Source: Clostridiales bacterium
Lineage (GTDB): Bacteria; Bacillota; Clostridia; Christensenellales; UBA1242
Reading direction: 5' to 3'
DNA: 64,000 nt
Assembly: GCA_015055745.1 (NCBI GenBank)
Contig: SVHS01000002.1
Coordinates: forward strand, 62,534-126,533
Under the pieces are notes generated by a model. It saw only the letters and a program-made list of their open reading frames with translations, did not search any database and was not told the origin of the DNA. The position numbers were made by a program, and so were the translations under genes. Shown in pieces: positions 60,728 through 64,000 of the stretch. Positions within the stretch are counted from its first letter, which is position 1. Every line of letters starts with the position of its first letter.

Positions 60728-61319
60728 AGAATTTAAGCAATTAGTAGATAGAAGAAAATTGTTATTCAATACGAAGAACAAATCACCAGAGCAACAGCAA
60801 GAGATGGAAAAAATAGAAAAGGAAATTAACAGTAAAGGTAATATAAATTCACTATTATCTGTAAAGTTAACACAATTTGCAGAAATGGTAAAAAAGTACT
60901 TTTATTCAAAAGGTAAGACTGCTATATTTACGTTTCAGAATAGTCATCTATTAAATGAAATTATTTTATATACACGTGATGAAAAGTATGTATTAGATAA
61001 AAATATTAAATCACCATATGGTGAAATATGTCTCACATCAATGTATGGTAGCAATGTTAAAAATGATTTTGAGAAGCTGGAGAAAAAATACCCAGAAATA
61101 AGAGATGTGTTTTGGAGTCTGATACAAGATAAAATAGTATCATATAATGAAGAAAGAAAAGGAATGTTTGTAAGACTAATCGAAGAAAATGAAAGAAACA
61201 AAAATAAATATATCTTACAAGGAAACAAATCAAGACTTGAATCCATTGATAAGACGACAAGTATATGGCAAGATAAAATTTCTTTATATGAACAATCTAA
61301 AGACGAGGTAGAAGTATAA
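60717..61319 (+). CDS. Hypothetical protein (paralog 2)
   Basis: GAGG RBS; overlaps the upstream paralog. Confidence 0.75.
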   Translation: MKFKEFKQLVDRRKLLFNTKNKSPEQQQEMEKIEKEINSKGNINSLLSVKLTQFAEMVKKYFYSKGKTAIFTFQNSHLLNEIILYTRDEKYVLDKNIKSPYGEICLTSMYGSNVKNDFEKLEKKYPEIRDVFWSLIQDKIVSYNEERKGMFVRLIEENERNKNKYILQGNKSRLESIDKTTSIWQDKISLYEQSKDEVEV

Positions 61320-61330
61320 AAAAGACCGAC

Positions 61331-62008
61331 CTAGATTATGGGGTCGGTTTTTGGTTTGTTTTGTGGTCTTGGATATTTTATATCGGTAGGACGTACTTTT
61401 TCTATGATCAAGATATGTCTTTCTCCAAAGTTATTTGGTAGATCAAAACGGATAGATTTCACGATTTTGCCACCTAATATATTGAGTGCATTTTCAGCTT
61501 CTTCAAACTCTTCCGCTAGATTACTTCCCTTGTATGCGATGACTATGCCGCCTACTTTGACTAAAGGTAATAAGTATTCGAGCAAAGTGTTTAGCTTAGC
61601 TACAGCACGTGCTACAGCGACGTCAAAATTTTCTCTACCCACTTTTGCAAATTCTTCGGCTCGTGCATGTACATTTTGAGTCTTGATTGATAATTTGTCA
61701 GTGATATAATTTAAGAAAGTGACACGCTTTTGCAATGAATCCACCATAGTCAGATTTATATCTGGACGTACTATTTTGATAGGTAAGCTAGGAAATCCTG
61801 CCCCTGCTCCCACATCTACGATACTTGCTCCATGTGGTATAGCGTCTATAGGTAAAATACTATCTAAAAAGTGCTTTGTGTAAACCTCATTTCTCTCAGT
61901 GATAGCTGTAAGGTTTACTTTTTGATTATAAGAAACAAGTTCTTCGAAATATATCTCGAACTTTTCCCTATGCTTTGTTATTAAATTTTGCAAATATGTG
62001 ATATCCAT
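61331..62008 (-). CDS. rsmG: 16S rRNA m7G527 methyltransferase RsmG (GidB)
   Basis: NLTAI, KHFLDS, DVGAGAGFP, VARAVA. Confidence 0.96.
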   Translation of the reverse strand: MDITYLQNLITKHREKFEIYFEELVSYNQKVNLTAITERNEVYTKHFLDSILPIDAIPHGASIVDVGAGAGFPSLPIKIVRPDINLTMVDSLQKRVTFLNYITDKLSIKTQNVHARAEEFAKVGRENFDVAVARAVAKLNTLLEYLLPLVKVGGIVIAYKGSNLAEEFEEAENALNILGGKIVKSIRFDLPNNFGERHILIIEKVRPTDIKYPRPQNKPKTDPII

Positions 62009-62014
62009 ATTATT

Positions 62015-63883
62015 TTAAATAAATCCTTTCATCTTTAGATAGACTAGTAGCACATTGATGTCGCTAGGACTGACGCCGTCGATGCGTTTAGCTTGACCGA
62101 GTGTAGCTGGCTTGAATTTATTTAGCTTTTGTCTTGCTTCTAGTCTTAGCCCGGCCATTTCTGAGTAGTCAATGTTTGGTAGAGGTATATTTTCAGTCTT
62201 TTTAGCCTTTTCTATTTGCTCAAATTCTTTTTTGATATAACCTTCATATTTAATTTCGGTATTGACATATTCTAGCAAACTATCTGTCACTCCGTCAAAC
62301 AAATTGAAATACTCTTTGATATCAAAAATCGTGATATTATTCCTTTTGATACATTCTCTAAGGGTTAGCCCTGATTTTGGTAAAGATTCATTTTTGGCAG
62401 TGAATAGAGGTGTAAGAGAAGAAGGATTTTTCATGGTGTCCAATACTAAGTGTATTTCTTTTATGGTCTTTAGTTTTTTCTTAAATATTTTATATCGTTT
62501 GTCATCTACCAGACCGATATCTCTACCAAGCTGAGTGAGGCGTATATCGCAGTTGTCTTGTCTCAGGATAAGACGATACTCTGCTCTACTAGTCATCATG
62601 CGGTAAGGTTCGATTATGTCTTTAGTAGTAAGGTCGTCTATCAATACACCTATATATGCTTGGTCTCGGCCAAGTATAAATGGTGGAAGATGATCGATAT
62701 ATCTCTCAGCATTAATACCTGCCATGATACCCTGTGCGGCAGCTTCTTCGTAGCCGCTAGTGCCATTGATTTGTCCAGCAAAGAAAAGACCGTCGATTTT
62801 TTTACTTTCAAGGTTGTTTTTTAGTTCAGTAGCATTGATACAGTCATACTCAATAGCGTATGCAAATCGCATAATCTTCACATTTTCAAAGCCTGGTATT
62901 AAGCGATACATTTTACGTTGCACATCGCTTGGCATACTACTAGAGATACCCTGCACATATACTTCATCAGTGTCAGCACTTTCTGGCTCTAAGAATAACT
63001 GATGACGCTCTTTATCGCTAAAGCGCATAATTTTATCTTCGATACTAGGACAATATCTTGGACCAATTCCGTTGATTTTACCAGAATAAAGAGGTGCTCT
63101 GTCTATATTTTCTCTGATACAATCATGCATTTCTGTAGATGTATATCCTAGATAACAAACTCGTTTGTTTTTGACAGATTTTTTTAGATGAGAAAAACTT
63201 TCGTTCAAGTCATCGCCTGGCTGTTCTTCAAATTTTGTATAGTCGATAGACTTGCCGTCCACACGAGCTGGAGTGCCTGTCTTGAATCTTCTAATCTCTA
63301 TACCCAAATCCATTAAAGATTTTGTGAGCATAGTGCTAGGTTCGTAGCCATTAGGACCTGTATTTTTAGTGAAATCTCCTATGATGATTTTGCTATTTAG
63401 ATATACTCCGGTAGCCACTACCACAGCACTGCAAGAGAAGATTTCTCCCATGCTAGTCTTGACACCTATTACTTTATTATTTTCTACTAAAATCTCAGAA
63501 ACTTCACATTGTAGAATGTCTAGATTTTCTTGCTTTTCGATAGTGCGTTTCATCTCGGTATGGTAAGTCACTTTGTCTACTTGAGCGCGCAATGATTGCA
63601 CAGCTGGACCTTTACCACTATTCAACATTCTTAATTGAAGTATAGCTTTGTCTGCATTGACGCCCATTTCTCCTCCTAGAGCGTCCACTTCTCCTGCCAG
63701 CTGACCTTTAGCTGTGCCACCAATGCTAGGATTACACGCTAAAAAAGCTATACTATCTAGATTAAGTGTGGTAAGTAGTGTCTTTTTGCCAAGACGTGAA
63801 AGAGCAAGACATGCTTCACTACCTGCGTGTCCACTACCTATCACTATAGCATCGTAATTATTAATCATATTTTCAGTTATCAT
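62015..63883 (-). CDS. mnmG: tRNA modification enzyme MnmG (GidA)
   Basis: GHAGSEA, CNPSIGG, RFKTGTP.R, GPRYCPSIEDK, AGQINGTSGYEEAA; start may be 63868. Confidence 0.98.
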   Translation of the reverse strand: MITENMINNYDAIVIGSGHAGSEACLALSRLGKKTLLTTLNLDSIAFLACNPSIGGTAKGQLAGEVDALGGEMGVNADKAILQLRMLNSGKGPAVQSLRAQVDKVTYHTEMKRTIEKQENLDILQCEVSEILVENNKVIGVKTSMGEIFSCSAVVVATGVYLNSKIIIGDFTKNTGPNGYEPSTMLTKSLMDLGIEIRRFKTGTPARVDGKSIDYTKFEEQPGDDLNESFSHLKKSVKNKRVCYLGYTSTEMHDCIRENIDRAPLYSGKINGIGPRYCPSIEDKIMRFSDKERHQLFLEPESADTDEVYVQGISSSMPSDVQRKMYRLIPGFENVKIMRFAYAIEYDCINATELKNNLESKKIDGLFFAGQINGTSGYEEAAAQGIMAGINAERYIDHLPPFILGRDQAYIGVLIDDLTTKDIIEPYRMMTSRAEYRLILRQDNCDIRLTQLGRDIGLVDDKRYKIFKKKLKTIKEIHLVLDTMKNPSSLTPLFTAKNESLPKSGLTLRECIKRNNITIFDIKEYFNLFDGVTDSLLEYVNTEIKYEGYIKKEFEQIEKAKKTENIPLPNIDYSEMAGLRLEARQKLNKFKPATLGQAKRIDGVSPSDINVLLVYLKMKGFI

Positions 63884-64000
63884 AATATAAGCGTAAATTT
63901 TCCTTTACATTATATCATAAATTATAAAAAATACAACAAGTTTGAGTAAAATCTATGACAATTTGATATTGACTCTTTTTTGGTAATATGTTATGATTAA

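Noticed and set aside
2337-63566. Many 60-180 aa ORFs antisense to or nested in long genes
   Set aside because: They are shadow ORFs of well-supported genes, without RBS or motifs.

Overview
AT-rich chromosomal segment of a spore-forming Clostridia-class bacterium, probably an uncultured gut lineage, spanning the replication origin. Housekeeping genes: pheST with a Phe T-box, hisS, a lysS-like gene, gpsA, jag-yidC-yidD-rnpA-rpmH, dnaN, dnaA, recF, rsmG, mnmG, tRNA-Arg(CCT) and tRNA-Ser(GGA). Sporulation and germination genes: gerKA/KB/KC-type receptor, spoIIR-sleB-ypeB, spo0A, a SPOCS/SipL-like gene, veg, and an amidase and a ferritin-like gene with sigK-type promoters. It also holds a monomeric [FeFe] hydrogenase, a P-type ATPase, a divergent DAC-fold protein and three very large surface proteins. 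I saw no CRISPR array, integrase, transposase or prophage. Most notable: (i) an XRE / Cys-rich protein switch with four palindromic operators at exact 31-bp spacing next to an unexplained structured RNA-like element; (ii) a rearranged origin with divergent dnaN and dnaA, a dnaN terminator built from two DnaA boxes, and Spo0A boxes; (iii) a double Zn-finger protein with a poly-acidic tail next to spo0A; (iv) several enzymes with substituted catalytic residues; (v) a Z-DNA-prone tract between divergent promoters. All calls come from reading the sequence and recalled family motifs. No searches were run.
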